Origin: an uncultured Candidatus Rokubacteria bacterium
Lineage (GTDB): Bacteria; Methylomirabilota; Methylomirabilia; Rokubacteriales; CSP1-6
Length of the DNA: 64,000 bases
NCBI GenBank assembly: GCA_963771355.1
Contig: CAVYTA010000006.1
Span: 2,240,001 to 2,304,000 of the forward strand
Direction of reading: 5' to 3'
Shown in pieces: positions 1-11,301 of this stretch; position 1 is the stretch's first letter, and every line of letters starts with the position of its first letter. A program made the position numbers and the translations under genes. Under the pieces are notes generated by a model. It made no database searches. It had not been told where the DNA came from and worked only from the letters and a program-made list of their open reading frames with translations.

Positions 1-528
<528 letters not shown>

Positions 529-529
<1 letters not shown>

Positions 530-1428
530 CAGACCGCCGCCGAGCCCGGGAGCAGGCGGCCCGCGAGGTAGCGCGAGACTCCACGCAGGTCCTCGCGAGC
601 GGCGACGTCCACGAAGCCCGCCGCCGTCATCACCGCGGCGAGCGGCGCCGCCTGTTCTTCCCCGATCTCCAGCACCAGCCGGCCGCCGGGGCGCAGGGCC
701 GCGGGAGCAGCGGTCAGGAGGCGGCGGATCACCTCCATGCCGTCGGGCCCGCCGTCCAGCGCCTGGCGCGGCTCGAAGGCGAAAACCTCGCGCGGTAGCG
801 AGGGGAGGATCCCGCTGGGGAGATACGGCGCATTGGCCACGATCATGTCGAGCGCGGCAGGCTCCGCGGCCAAAGGTTCCAGAAGATCACCGGCAATGAC
901 CCGGACTCGGCCGCCCAAGCCCAGCGCGCGGACATTGCCCTCGGCGACCGCCAGCGCGGCGGGCGAGATGTCCGTCGCGACCACGCGGGCATCGGGGCAC
1001 GCGGCGGCGAGCGCGCAGGCGATGGCGCCGCTGCCGGTCCCGATGTCCGCCAGCAGGGGGGACCCGTTGGAGGACGACGCGTTCAGGAGTTCGAGGGCCC
1101 ATTCGACCAATCCTTCGGTCTCGGGGCGCGGGATGAGGACGTCGGGCGTGACCCGGAGGCGCAGGCCACGAAAGTCCTCGTAGCCGAGCAGGTGCTGCAG
1201 GGGCTCGTGATCGGCGCGCCGGGCGACGAGCGCGCGGAACCGGCCCCCGGCGGCCTCGACCACCGCCCGGTCGGGCTCCAGATAGAGGGCGAAGCGCTCC
1301 CGGCCGAGGACGGCGGCGAGCAGCCACTCGGCGTCCTGCCGTGCGGTGGGCAGCCCGGCCTCCGCCAGGCGCCGGGCGCCTTCGGCGAGGAGGCCGCGGG
1401 ACGTGACGGCGGTGAGCGCGGTGGTCAC
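529..1428 (-). CDS. prmC: Release factor glutamine methyltransferase
   Basis: C-terminal part of ORF 529..2070; [29 protein letters not shown] motifs; GTG start at 1428 overlapping prfA stop. Confidence 0.95.
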
Positions 1429-2495
1429 ACCGTGGTCTCCGCGAGCTTCCGGCCCTGGTCCCAGGCGGTGAGGCCGTCGATGACCTCGTCGAGATCGCCT
1501 TCGATCACCGCCGGCAGCTTGTGCAGCGTGAGCCCGATCCGGTGGTCCGAGACGCGCCCCTGGGGGAAATTGTAGGTGCGGATTCGCTCGCTGCGCTCCC
1601 CGGTGCCCACCTGGCTGCGACGGTCGGCGGCGATGGCGGCCGCCTGCTCCTCCTGCGCCCGCTCGAGGAGGCGGGCCTTGAGCACCCGCATCGCCTTCGC
1701 CCGGTTCTTGATCTGCGAGCGCTCGTCCTGGCAGGTCACCACCAGCCCGGTGGGGATATGGGTGATGCGCACCGCCGAATCGGTGGTGTTGACGCCCTGG
1801 CCGCCGGGGCCCGAGGAGCGATAGACGTCCACGCGGAGGTCCTTCTCCTCGACCTTGATGTCCACGTCCTCCGCCTCGGGCAGGACGGCCACGGTGACGG
1901 TGGAGGTGTGGGTGCGGCCGCTGGCCTCGGTGGCGGGCACGCGCTGCACACGGTGCACGCCGCGCTCGAACTTGAGCCGGCTCCAGGCGCCCTTGCCCTG
2001 GATGAAGAGGATGATCTCCTTGAAGCCGCCGACGCCGGTGGGGTGGCTGTCCATCACCTCGACCTTCCACTTCTGGCGCTCCGCGTACTTGGTGTACATG
2101 CGGGCCAGATCGGCGGCGAAGAGCGCGGCCTCGTCGCCGCCCGCGCCGGCGCGGATCTCCACGAAGACATTGCGGTCGTCGTTGGGATCGCGAGGCAGGA
2201 GGAGCGCGCGCAGCTCCTCCTCGAGCCGGCTCTGCTGGCCCACCAGGGCGTCCACCTCGGCCTGGGCCAGCTCGCGCATCTCGCGATCGGCGTCCTCGGC
2301 CACGATGTGGCGGGCCTCGGAGAGGCGCTGGAGCACGCCCTTGTAGTCGCCGAACTTCTCCACCACCTCCGAGAGCTCGGCGGCGGCCTTCGCGATGCGC
2401 GCGTACTCGCTGGCCTGGCCGATCACCTGCGGTTCGGAGAGTCGGCGGTGGAGCTCGGCGTACCGCTCCTCCAGCTGGCGCAGCTTGTCAAACAT
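1425..2495 (-). CDS. prfA: Peptide chain release factor 1
   Basis: GGQ motif ([10 protein letters not shown]), RF1-type PAT motif (RVPATE), [11 protein letters not shown]. Confidence 0.98.
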   Translation of the reverse strand: MFDKLRQLEERYAELHRRLSEPQVIGQASEYARIAKAAAELSEVVEKFGDYKGVLQRLSEARHIVAEDADREMRELAQAEVDALVGQQSRLEEELRALLLPRDPNDDRNVFVEIRAGAGGDEAALFAADLARMYTKYAERQKWKVEVMDSHPTGVGGFKEIILFIQGKGAWSRLKFERGVHRVQRVPATEASGRTHTSTVTVAVLPEAEDVDIKVEEKDLRVDVYRSSGPGGQGVNTTDSAVRITHIPTGLVVTCQDERSQIKNRAKAMRVLKARLLERAQEEQAAAIAADRRSQVGTGERSERIRTYNFPQGRVSDHRIGLTLHKLPAVIEGDLDEVIDGLTAWDQGRKLAETTV

Positions 2496-2611
2496 ACGGG
2501 TCCCTCAGAGGCGGGCGGGCAAGGCACGGCACCGCCGCGCGGGGGAAAGGAGAGGACGAGCGAAAGCGGACGAGACGCCCAGGCCGCGGCTGCGGAAGCC
2601 GGCCGGGCTCG

Positions 2612-2827
2612 CTAACCCTCCGCGATCGGCTTCCTGTTGTACTTCCGCTGAAAGCGCTCGACGCGCCCCGCCGTGTCCACGAACTTCTGCTTGCCCGTGT
2701 AGAACGGATGGCACTTGGAGCACACCTCCACGCGGATCCCGGGGACGGTGGAGCGGGTGTGAATGACCTCACCGCAGTTGCAGGTGATGACGGTATCGAC
2801 GTATTCGGGATGAATGCCTGCCTTCAC
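2612..2827 (-). CDS. rpmE: 50S ribosomal protein L31 (Zn-binding type)
   Basis: MKAGIHPEY...CNC...[21 protein letters not shown] upstream of GTG. Confidence 0.97.
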   Translation of the reverse strand: MKAGIHPEYVDTVITCNCGEVIHTRSTVPGIRVEVCSKCHPFYTGKQKFVDTAGRVERFQRKYNRKPIAEG

Positions 2828-2931
2828 GGCGCACCTCCTAAATGAAGGTCAAAGGATACCAGCCATGGGCGGAAAAGGCAAGAATTCAGCCAACTTGACC
2901 CGCTGGACCCCGGAAAAGCGGCCTCGGAGGG

Positions 2932-4185
2932 CTAGGCGAGCTGGTTCATCTGGCTGAGGAAGTCCTTGTTGGTCTTCGTCAGCTTGAGCTTGTCGAGCAG
3001 GAGCTCCATGGCCTCGACGGGGTTCAGCTGGGACAGCGCCTTCCGTAGCAGCCACACCTTCTGGAGCTCGTCCTTCTCCAGGAGGAGCTCTTCCTTCCGG
3101 GTGCCGCTCTGCTCGATGTTGATGGTGGGGAAGATCCGCTTGTCCATCAGGCGCCGGTCGAGGTGCACTTCCATGTTGCCGGTGCCCTTGAACTCCTCGA
3201 AGATCACGTCGTCCATCCGGGAGCCGGTGTCGATGAGGGCCGTCGCCATGATGGTCAGCGAGCCCCCCTCCTCCACGTTCCGGGCCGCCGCGAAGAAGCG
3301 CCGCGGACGCTGGAGCGCATTGGCGTCGAGGCCGCCGGAGAGCACCTTGCCCGAGGAGGGAATCACCGCGTTGTGGGCGCGTGCGAACCGCGTGATGGAG
3401 TCCAGCAGGATCACCACGTCGCGCTTGTGCTCCACCAGCCGCTTGGCCTTCTCCAGCACCATGTCCGCCACCTGGACGTGCCGCTGCGGGGGCTCGTCGA
3501 AGGTGGAGGAGATCACCTCGCCCTTCACCGAGCGCTGCATGTCGGTGACTTCCTCCGGCCGCTCATCGATGAGGAGGACGATGAGGTAGACCTCGGGGTG
3601 GTTCTTGGCGATGGCGTTGGCCACGTTCTGCAGCAGCACCGTCTTACCGGTGCGCGGAGCCGCCACGATCAGCCCGCGCTGGCCCTTGCCGATGGGGCAC
3701 AGGAGATCGATGGCGCGCGTGGTGAGCTGCTCGCTGTCGTGCTCGAGCCGGAGCCGCTCCATCGGGTAGAGCGGGGTGAGGTTGTCGAAGAGGGTCTTGT
3801 CCTTCGACTGCTCGGGGCTCTCGAAGTTGATCGCCTCCACCTTGAGGAGCGCGAAGTACCGCTCGCTGTCCTTGGGCGGACGCACCTGGCCGGAGATGGT
3901 GTCGCCGGTGCGCAGGTCGAAGCGGCGGATCTGCGATGGTGAGACGTAAATGTCGTCCGGACCGGGAAGGTAATTGTAGTCGGGGGCGCGAAGGAAACCG
4001 AATCCGTCGGGAAGCACCTCGAGCACGCCTTCGGCGAAGATGAGCCCGTCCTTCTCGGCCTGCCCCTGGAGGATCTTGAAGATCAGCTCTTGCTTGCGCA
4101 GCCCGCTGAACCCCTGGACGCCGAGATCCTTGGCGACCGTGTTCAGCTCGGTGATGGTCTTGTCTTTGAGCTCGGACAGATTCAT
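2932..4185 (-). CDS. rho: Transcription termination factor Rho
   Basis: [48 protein letters not shown]. Confidence 0.99.
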   Translation of the reverse strand: MNLSELKDKTITELNTVAKDLGVQGFSGLRKQELIFKILQGQAEKDGLIFAEGVLEVLPDGFGFLRAPDYNYLPGPDDIYVSPSQIRRFDLRTGDTISGQVRPPKDSERYFALLKVEAINFESPEQSKDKTLFDNLTPLYPMERLRLEHDSEQLTTRAIDLLCPIGKGQRGLIVAAPRTGKTVLLQNVANAIAKNHPEVYLIVLLIDERPEEVTDMQRSVKGEVISSTFDEPPQRHVQVADMVLEKAKRLVEHKRDVVILLDSITRFARAHNAVIPSSGKVLSGGLDANALQRPRRFFAAARNVEEGGSLTIMATALIDTGSRMDDVIFEEFKGTGNMEVHLDRRLMDKRIFPTINIEQSGTRKEELLLEKDELQKVWLLRKALSQLNPVEAMELLLDKLKLTKTNKDFLSQMNQLA

Positions 4186-4416
4186 CTTCTTGCCTCTCTC
4201 CCCTCCGGCTTCCGACGAAATCGGCGCCGGGACCGCAGACGCGTCGGGCGCGTCGCGTGGGGGCGTGCTGCGCTTAGGATTGCGCTGCGAAATGGCGGTC
4301 TCCGGGGGGTTGCACTGTGAACGGGGGAACCAACGACTCCAGGGTCACTGTCCCACACGGTCCGGAATACTGTCAATGGAATTCTTCACCGCCGCCGCGC
4401 GGCGCGGAGCGGTCCG

Positions 4417-5517
4417 TCACAGCCGCATGTCGATGATCGCCCTCTGCCGGATCTCCGCGAGCCACTCGCGGAGCCGGACCTGCAGCTTCTCGCGGAGCAG
4501 GATGTCGCGGATCTGGTTGCGTGCCTGGACCAAGCCGTCGCCCGTGAGCGTTTCCTTCGAGTCCAGGCGGAAGAGGTGGTACCCGACCTGCGAGCGGAAC
4601 GGCGCCGAGGCCTCGCCCGGGGAGAGGCGGAGGATGGCGCTCTCGATATCCGCCGCCAGCTCGCCGCGCTTGAGCGGGCCCAGCGAGCCGCCGTCCTTGC
4701 CGGAGCCGTCCTGCGACAGCTCCTTGGCGAGCTCGCCGAAGTCCCCGCCGCTCAGCACGCGATCATAAGCGTCGGCGGCGCGGCGGCGCGCCTCCTCCCA
4801 GCCGTCTTCACCTCGATTGGGATCGGGGATGAAGAGGATGTGGCGCGCCTCGAAGGTCAGCCCCGTCTCGAGCTTCTGGCGGTTCTGCTCGACGTAGCGG
4901 TCGATTTCCTGTTCGGTGACGGTCACCCGCAGGTTCACCCGCCGCCGCCGCACGCGATCCACCATGATCTGGTCGCGGAGCCGCTTCTTCACGGATTCCA
5001 CGGTGACGCTCTGCGCCCGGAGCGCCTGCTCCAGCTCGGCGTCCGTCTTCACGTTCATCTTCTTCATGATGTCCGCGATCTGCTCGGCGATCTCGGTGTC
5101 CTCGACGGTGATCTTCTCCCGCTCGGCCTGCTGGAGCTGGAGCCGGTTCTCGATGATGCGCTGGATGAGCCGGTCGCGCAGCGCGGTGCGGGCCTCGCCG
5201 GCGGGAGCGGCCTCCTTCGTCTCGTAGAGGTAGTAGGCCTCGGCCTCGTCCAGCTCGAACAGCGTGATGGCGTCGTTGTTCACCACGCAGATGACCCGGT
5301 CGTGGACGCTGTCGGGGTCGAGGGTGGTGCCGGCGGCGGGCGTCACGGCGATGAGGGGTGCGGTGGCCTGCCTGGCCGGTAAGCTGGGCGCCGCGCCCGG
5401 CCCCAGTGGCTTGCTGCTGCCGATGAGCGGGACCCAGGACGGGATGGAGCAGCCGGCGAGGGCGATGCCGGCGAGGAGGAGCAGGGCCAGCGGCGCGTTC
5501 ACTGCCCGCCCGCTCAA
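4417..5517 (-). CDS. SurA-like peptidyl-prolyl isomerase, predicted lipoprotein
   Basis: Lipobox LAGC, SurA N-domain (DRVICVVNNDAIT), parvulin domain (ARHIL...SQDGSGKDGGSLG...GYHLF); adjacent to mfd. Start uncertain. Confidence 0.85.
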   Translation of the reverse strand: MSGRAVNAPLALLLLAGIALAGCSIPSWVPLIGSSKPLGPGAAPSLPARQATAPLIAVTPAAGTTLDPDSVHDRVICVVNNDAITLFELDEAEAYYLYETKEAAPAGEARTALRDRLIQRIIENRLQLQQAEREKITVEDTEIAEQIADIMKKMNVKTDAELEQALRAQSVTVESVKKRLRDQIMVDRVRRRRVNLRVTVTEQEIDRYVEQNRQKLETGLTFEARHILFIPDPNRGEDGWEEARRRAADAYDRVLSGGDFGELAKELSQDGSGKDGGSLGPLKRGELAADIESAILRLSPGEASAPFRSQVGYHLFRLDSKETLTGDGLVQARNQIRDILLREKLQVRLREWLAEIRQRAIIDMRL

Positions 5518-8500
5518 CGGGCGAGCTCCGCCAGGAGACCGGTGAGTGCCGCCCGCACGTCCGGCCAGGGCCCCTTCGGGATCCGAGCTTCCACCGTGAA
5601 CTCCTTCAGCATTTTCATCTTTCCGCGGCTCCGCGCGATCACCGCCAGCAACCGCTCCGGGGTGACCGGGGTCGAGGGCGCGAAGGTCAGGAGCGCCCGC
5701 TCCCCTTGCGCCTCCACCCGCTCCACCCCGACCGGGCGCGCGGCGACGCGCAACCCTACCACATCGAGGAGCGCCTCAACCGATGAAGGCGGCGGCCCGA
5801 ACCGATCGGCCAATTCGGCCCGCATTTCGGTAATTTCGGCGGTGCTGCCGAGCTCAGCGAGGCGCTTGTAGAGCGCAAGGCGCTGATTCTCCTCCGGAAC
5901 GTATGCCTCCGGCAAGAGGGCTTCGACCTCCACGGTGATAGTGGGATCCACCTCGGCGGGGGCGGAATCCCCGCGCAATTCTCTCACAGCCTCCTCCAGG
6001 AGCTTCGTATACAGATCGAACCCCACCGCGGCGATATGGCCGTGCTGCTGGGCGCCCAGGAGGTTGCCGGCCCCCCGGATCTCCAGATCGCGCAGGGCCA
6101 GCTTGAACCCCGCCCCCAGCTCGGTGAGCTCCTCGATCACCTGGAGCCGGCGCTGGGCGGTCTCGTCCAGCCGACCGTCTGCCGGGACCATGAGGTAGGC
6201 GTGGGCCTGCATCCGCTCCCGCCCCACCCGCCCCCGGAGCTGGTAAAGCTGGGCCAGGCCGAAGCGGTCCGCCCGGTTGATGATGATGGTGTTGGAGGAC
6301 GGGATGTCGAGCCCCGATTCCACGATGGCGGTGGAGACCAGGACATCGGCCTGGCCGTCCACGAACTTCACCATCACCGACTCGAGCTCGCGCTCCGCCA
6401 TCTGGCCGTGCGCCATGACCACGCGCGCCTCCGGGACGAGGCTCTTGATGAACGTGGTCATGGAGACGAGCGACTGCACGCGGTTGTGCACGAAGAACAC
6501 CTGCCCCCCGCGCTGGAGCTCGCGCTCGATAGCCTCCTTGATGACCGCGCGGCTGAAGCGCGTCACCACCGTCTCCACCGGCAGGCGGTTGAGAGGAGCG
6601 GTCTCGATCACGGAGAGATCGCGCACCCCCGACATGGCCATGTAGAGCGTGCGGGGAATGGGCGTCGCGGTGAGGGTGAGCACGTCCACCGCATTGCGCA
6701 TCTGCTTGATGCGCTCCTTGTGGGTGACGCCGAAGCGATGCTCCTCGTCCACCACCAGAAGGCCGAGCCGCTTGAACTCCACGTCCTTGGAGAGGAGCCG
6801 ATGCGTGCCGATCACCACGTCCACCGCCCCCGACTTGAGCCCCGCCAGCACCGCCTTCATCTCCTTCGGGGTGCGGAAGCGCGAGAGCAGCTCCACCTTG
6901 GCCGGATACGGCTCGAAGCGGTCGGCGAAGGTGTTGAAGTGCTGCTGCGCGAGCACGGTGGTGGGGACCAGCACCGCCACCTGGCGTCCCTCCGACACCG
7001 CCTTGAAGGCGGCGCGGAGCGCGACTTCCGTCTTGCCATAGCCCACGTCGCCCGCCACCAGCCGGTCCATGGGGCGCTCGCGCTCCATGTCGGCCTTCAC
7101 CTCGTCGATCGCCTTCTGCTGGTCCGGCGTCTCCTCGAAACGGAAGGCGGCCTCGAACTCCCGCTGCCACGCCGCGTCCGGCCCGAAGGCGGGTCGGGCC
7201 GCCAGCTCGCGGGCGGCGTAGAGCTTGAGCAGCTCCTCCGCCATTTCCCGGAGGGCGGCGCGCACCGACTCCTTGACCCGCCCCCACGCGGCGCCGCCGA
7301 GCCGGTCCAGCTTGGCCGCGCCGTCCGGGGCCCCCATGTACTTCGAGATGAGGTCGAGCCGCTCCACCGGGAGGTAGAGCCGGCCGCCCTCGCCGTACTC
7401 GAGGAGGAGGAAATCCGCCTCGCGCCCGCTGGAAGTGAGCGTCTTGAGGCCGTGATAACGCCCCACGCCGTGCGACTCGTGCACCACGAGGTCGTTGACC
7501 GCCAGGTCCGTGAAGGAGGCGATGGCGGCCCCGCGCTGGAAGCGCGGCCGCTGGAGGCGCCGGCGGCGCGCACCGAAGATTTCCTCCTCCGTGAGGACCA
7601 CGAGCCCCAGGGCGGGAAGCTGGAAGCCGGTCGAGGCATCGCCCACCAGGACGCCGAGGCCTTCGGTGCTCCATAGCTTCGCCTCCGGCCAGGCCTCGAG
7701 CCCATGCTCGGAGAGGATCTTGCGGAGCCGCGACGCCTGACTCTCGTCGTTGACGACCAGCCGCACGGCGAAGCCCTCGGCCCGCCACTTCTCGATCTCG
7801 GCCGCGAGCATCTTGAACTGACCGCGGTAGCCGCCCACCGAGCGCGTGCCCATGGCGAAGCTGCCGGCCTCGGGACCGGCGGGGGCAAGTAGCGAGAGGT
7901 CCAGGCGCTGGAACTCCGCGAGCAGCTCGGCCAGCGGCACCGCGGCAGGAGCGTCGTCCGGCGGAGCATCGAGCACGGCGGGATCGAGCAGCACCGCGAG
8001 CGAGTCGCCGGGCATATAGGCGGCGAGCGTGCGGCGAGCGCCGGGCTCGTCCTCCTCGCTCTGCGCGGGCCCCACGAGCGGGAGGACATCGAGGTCCAGC
8101 AGATCCTCCACCGAGCGCTGGGTGGTCGGGTCGAAGAGGCGCAGCGACTCGATCTCGTCGCCGAAGAGCTCCACCCGCACCGGCCGCTCGTGGGAGGGCG
8201 AGAAGATATCCACGATGCCGCCGCGGAGACTCCACTGCCCCACCTCGACGACCGCCTCCACGCGCTCGTAGCCGGCCGCCTCGAGCCCGGCGAGGAGCTG
8301 CTCCCGATCCACCGTCCCGCCCAGCTCCAAGCGGAGCAGGCGCGCGCGATAGTCAGCCGGCTTGAGCAGCGGCGCGGTCAGCGCGGCGGGCGTGGCCACG
8401 ACCACCACCGGCTCGGCGCGCAGCAAACGATGCGCCACCAGCGCGCGCATCGCGTCCTGCTCGCCATGCCGGTTACCCCGCCAGCCCCCGCCCTGCGGCG

Positions 8501-8774
8501 GCGGGAACTCGAGCACCCGGCGGGCCCCCTCCCCCGCCCCGACGAGCGAGTCGAGGAAGTAGGCGACGTCCTGCGCGGTGTGGTGCACCTCGGCATGCCC
8601 GGGGGCGACCACGAGAATGGGGCGCTCGGCGGCGCGCGCGAGGCCCGCGATGACCAGCCCGCGCGAAGAACCCCAAAGCCCGCGGGCCGCCAGACGCAGT
8701 TCTCCCCGGGCGAGGGCGTCAGCCAGGTCCTTGAACGCCCCCCAGCGAGCCATTGCGGAGGGTTGATCGGTCAT
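5514..8774 (-). CDS. mfd: Transcription-repair coupling factor
   Basis: UvrB-like N-terminus, RID (VHESHGVGRY), GDVGYGKTEVA, DEEHRFG, QLRGRVGR, DLEIRGAGNLLG. Confidence 0.98.
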   Translation of the reverse strand: MTDQPSAMARWGAFKDLADALARGELRLAARGLWGSSRGLVIAGLARAAERPILVVAPGHAEVHHTAQDVAYFLDSLVGAGEGARRVLEFPPPQGGGWRGNRHGEQDAMRALVAHRLLRAEPVVVVATPAALTAPLLKPADYRARLLRLELGGTVDREQLLAGLEAAGYERVEAVVEVGQWSLRGGIVDIFSPSHERPVRVELFGDEIESLRLFDPTTQRSVEDLLDLDVLPLVGPAQSEEDEPGARRTLAAYMPGDSLAVLLDPAVLDAPPDDAPAAVPLAELLAEFQRLDLSLLAPAGPEAGSFAMGTRSVGGYRGQFKMLAAEIEKWRAEGFAVRLVVNDESQASRLRKILSEHGLEAWPEAKLWSTEGLGVLVGDASTGFQLPALGLVVLTEEEIFGARRRRLQRPRFQRGAAIASFTDLAVNDLVVHESHGVGRYHGLKTLTSSGREADFLLLEYGEGGRLYLPVERLDLISKYMGAPDGAAKLDRLGGAAWGRVKESVRAALREMAEELLKLYAARELAARPAFGPDAAWQREFEAAFRFEETPDQQKAIDEVKADMERERPMDRLVAGDVGYGKTEVALRAAFKAVSEGRQVAVLVPTTVLAQQHFNTFADRFEPYPAKVELLSRFRTPKEMKAVLAGLKSGAVDVVIGTHRLLSKDVEFKRLGLLVVDEEHRFGVTHKERIKQMRNAVDVLTLTATPIPRTLYMAMSGVRDLSVIETAPLNRLPVETVVTRFSRAVIKEAIERELQRGGQVFFVHNRVQSLVSMTTFIKSLVPEARVVMAHGQMAERELESVMVKFVDGQADVLVSTAIVESGLDIPSSNTIIINRADRFGLAQLYQLRGRVGRERMQAHAYLMVPADGRLDETAQRRLQVIEELTELGAGFKLALRDLEIRGAGNLLGAQQHGHIAAVGFDLYTKLLEEAVRELRGDSAPAEVDPTITVEVEALLPEAYVPEENQRLALYKRLAELGSTAEITEMRAELADRFGPPPSSVEALLDVVGLRVAARPVGVERVEAQGERALLTFAPSTPVTPERLLAVIARSRGKMKMLKEFTVEARIPKGPWPDVRAALTGLLAELAR

Positions 8775-8935
8775 GCGACTTGCGGCCTTGCCGAGGATAC
8801 CTCAAAGAGGGGCGGAGGGCGAATCCTGACGGCCCGGCCGCTGACGTATCTTGCCGCCAAGACTTGCGGGACCTATCATGGCGCCAGCATGGGCTCGGGC
8901 CGCGCGCGCGTATTCAGTTCTAAAGGAATGGGGCG

Positions 8936-9430
8936 ATGACACATATCCAGGAGAAGATCGAGCAGTACATCGACAGTCGGCTTTCCGGGAAGACGGGATA
9001 CCTCGGCTACTATGACCGTACCGCGAGGCGGATGAAGCGCCGGCACCTGCAGAACCGGGCTGCCGCCGCCATCGGCGCGGTGCTCATTCCCGTGGTCAGC
9101 AACCTGCCTTGGGAGATTCCGTTTGGCTCGACCACCATCCAGGTCTCCACGATGGGCGCCTCCCTCATTGGACTGGGGGTCGCCCTCATTCTTGCGCTCG
9201 AAGGGGTCTTTCATTTCAAGGAGCAGTGGCAAAACTGCCGGGGCACCGAGCAGTATCTCCTCTCCCAGCGATTCCGCTTCGAGAATCGCGTGGACGAGTA
9301 CCAGACGTTGACCGACGAGGAGGCCTTCAAGCTGTTCGTCTCGAAAGTCGAGAAGGCGATCATCGATGAAAACAACGTGACGCTCAACATCCTTGGCCGC
9401 TCGGACGCGGCATCGGCCTCCTCGAAATAG
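8936..9430 (+). CDS. DUF4231/SLATT-like two-TM domain protein
   Basis: YYDRTARRMKRRH followed by two hydrophobic helices then W..R.T...L; resembles the DUF4231 family from recall. Confidence 0.65.
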   Translation: MTHIQEKIEQYIDSRLSGKTGYLGYYDRTARRMKRRHLQNRAAAAIGAVLIPVVSNLPWEIPFGSTTIQVSTMGASLIGLGVALILALEGVFHFKEQWQNCRGTEQYLLSQRFRFENRVDEYQTLTDEEAFKLFVSKVEKAIIDENNVTLNILGRSDAASASSK

Positions 9431-9435
9431 CGGGC

Positions 9436-10179
9436 GTGAAGCACTACGCCAAGGCGTTCATTGATCTCCAGCTCCACTTTGCCGGTAAGGTCGCGGCCCT
9501 GTCCGGACTCCCCCTGGCGCGCGCGCTCTTCGAATACACCAATCTCTATATCCGGTTTGGACTGGGTCGTGATTTTGATCCCGCTCATCCGACCTGGCGG
9601 GAGTACCTGGCGGGCCTCGAGGAGGCGACCGATCATCACGAGTGGACGTATCGCTTCTACTTGATGCGATCGGAGGCTCTGGCGGCGCCCACGTTCGTGG
9701 CGACGTTTGGGTGCTTTGCTTACGCTCGGTTGACTGGTGACCGGATCCGCCTTCACTTCCAGAATTCCGAAGGGGATGGGTATTCTCCGCTGGGGACCGA
9801 TCGCCTCGGCCAGCGTCTGGCGGAGTTGGCTGCCCTCTTCAAGCACGTGAAACGCACCGTGAGACAGCCTCCGCGGGTGGTGGGGGCGTCGTGGCTGTAC
9901 AATCTCGATGCCTATCGTCGTCTCTTTCCGCCCGCATACCTGGCGACCGCTCACGCGCTGGGCCGTCGATTTCAGCACATGCCGCTATGGGGGCAGTTTC
10001 TGGACCGACACGGAGAGATCAAGGAGAGTGCGACGCGTCCGTTTCTGGAGCGTCTCGAGCGCCAGTCGAGTCTGGACAATCTCGAGCAGTGCTTCCCATT
10101 CCAGGTGCTCTCGCTCGAGGCTTCGGCACTCGAGTTCTATGACTTCTACGGGATCGAGTCACCGGCCCTTCGCCCCTGA
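9436..10179 (+). CDS. Hypothetical protein
   Basis: 247-aa ORF with normal globular composition, 5 nt downstream of the DUF4231-like gene; no family recognised. Confidence 0.75.
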   Translation: MKHYAKAFIDLQLHFAGKVAALSGLPLARALFEYTNLYIRFGLGRDFDPAHPTWREYLAGLEEATDHHEWTYRFYLMRSEALAAPTFVATFGCFAYARLTGDRIRLHFQNSEGDGYSPLGTDRLGQRLAELAALFKHVKRTVRQPPRVVGASWLYNLDAYRRLFPPAYLATAHALGRRFQHMPLWGQFLDRHGEIKESATRPFLERLERQSSLDNLEQCFPFQVLSLEASALEFYDFYGIESPALRP

Positions 10180-10284
10180 GAGCGAGCCGGAGGGGACGAG
10201 GATCACGGGGGGATTGCCGCACGCAGTACGATTTCTTGGAGCCGCTGATCGACCACCCTCACCACGTCACCGGAGACCCCGCCA

Positions 10285-10752
10285 ATGTCCGAGCACAAGG
10301 CCACCATCAAGTGGGCGCGCAAGAGCGCACCCGACGACTTCGCCAAGGGCAAGTACTCCCGCGAGCACACCTGGACCTTCGACGGCGGGGTGACGGTGCC
10401 CGCCTCCCCCTCCCCGTCCGTGGTGCCGGTGCCCTGGTCGAACCCGGCGGCGGTGGATCCCGAGGAGGGCTACGTGGCCTCCATCTCGAGCTGCCACATG
10501 CTCACCTTTGTCTACGTGGCGCAGAAGGCGGGCTTCGTGGTGGATAGCTACGAGGACGACGCGGTCGGCGTGATGACCAAGAGCGAGCGGGGGGCCACCC
10601 CCTGGGTGAGCCAGGTGACGCTGCACCCGAAGATCGTCTACGGCGGCGAGAAGCGGCCCACCGACGCGGAGGAGGAGCATCTCCACCACGAGGCGCACGC
10701 GCAGTGCTTCATCGCGAACTCGGTGAAGACCGACATCAGCGTGAAGCGATGA
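10285..10752 (+). CDS. OsmC/Ohr-like family protein
   Basis: YSREHTWTFDGG, VDPEE...SSCHML, second Cys in AQCFIANSVKT. Confidence 0.9.
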   Translation: MSEHKATIKWARKSAPDDFAKGKYSREHTWTFDGGVTVPASPSPSVVPVPWSNPAAVDPEEGYVASISSCHMLTFVYVAQKAGFVVDSYEDDAVGVMTKSERGATPWVSQVTLHPKIVYGGEKRPTDAEEEHLHHEAHAQCFIANSVKTDISVKR

Positions 10753-11300
10753 GCACCGCGCGCACCGCCGAGCAGGAGCGCCTCAACGTGACCTGGGAAG
10801 AGCACGTGCGCGACGAGTTCGTGACCCGCGACACGGACGCGACGCTTCGCACCATGGTCCCCGACGCCTACGTGAACCATGTCCCCGTGATGACCGGGGG
10901 CGTCGGACGGGCGGAGCTCCGCGAGTTCTATTCGCGCCATTTCATCCCGAAGATGCCCCCCGACACCGAGATCGTGCCGATCTCGCGGACCATCGGGACT
11001 GACCAGCTGGTGGACGAGATGATCGTCCGCTTCACGCACACGCTGGAGATGGACTGGATGCTGCCGGGGGTGGCGCCGACCGGCCGGCGGGTCGAGATCC
11101 CATTGGTCGCGATCGTCCAGTTCCGGGATGGGAAGCTGGCCCACGAGCACATCTACTGGGACCAGGCCTCGGTGCTGGTGCAGCTCGGGCTGCTCGAACC
11201 GTCCAAGCTGCCGGTGGCCGGGGTAGAGTCAGCCCGGAAAGTGCTGGAGTCGGGTCGTCCGTCGAACGAGCTGATCCGGCGGGCGGCGGCGAAGCGGTAG
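10749..11300 (+). CDS. SnoaL-like (NTF2 fold) ester cyclase family protein
   Basis: WEEH...EF...YVNHVPVMTGGVG...HEHIYWDQASVL; ATG at 10749 overlaps upstream stop (ATGA). Confidence 0.85.
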   Translation: MSTARTAEQERLNVTWEEHVRDEFVTRDTDATLRTMVPDAYVNHVPVMTGGVGRAELREFYSRHFIPKMPPDTEIVPISRTIGTDQLVDEMIVRFTHTLEMDWMLPGVAPTGRRVEIPLVAIVQFRDGKLAHEHIYWDQASVLVQLGLLEPSKLPVAGVESARKVLESGRPSNELIRRAAAKR

Positions 11301-11301
11301 G

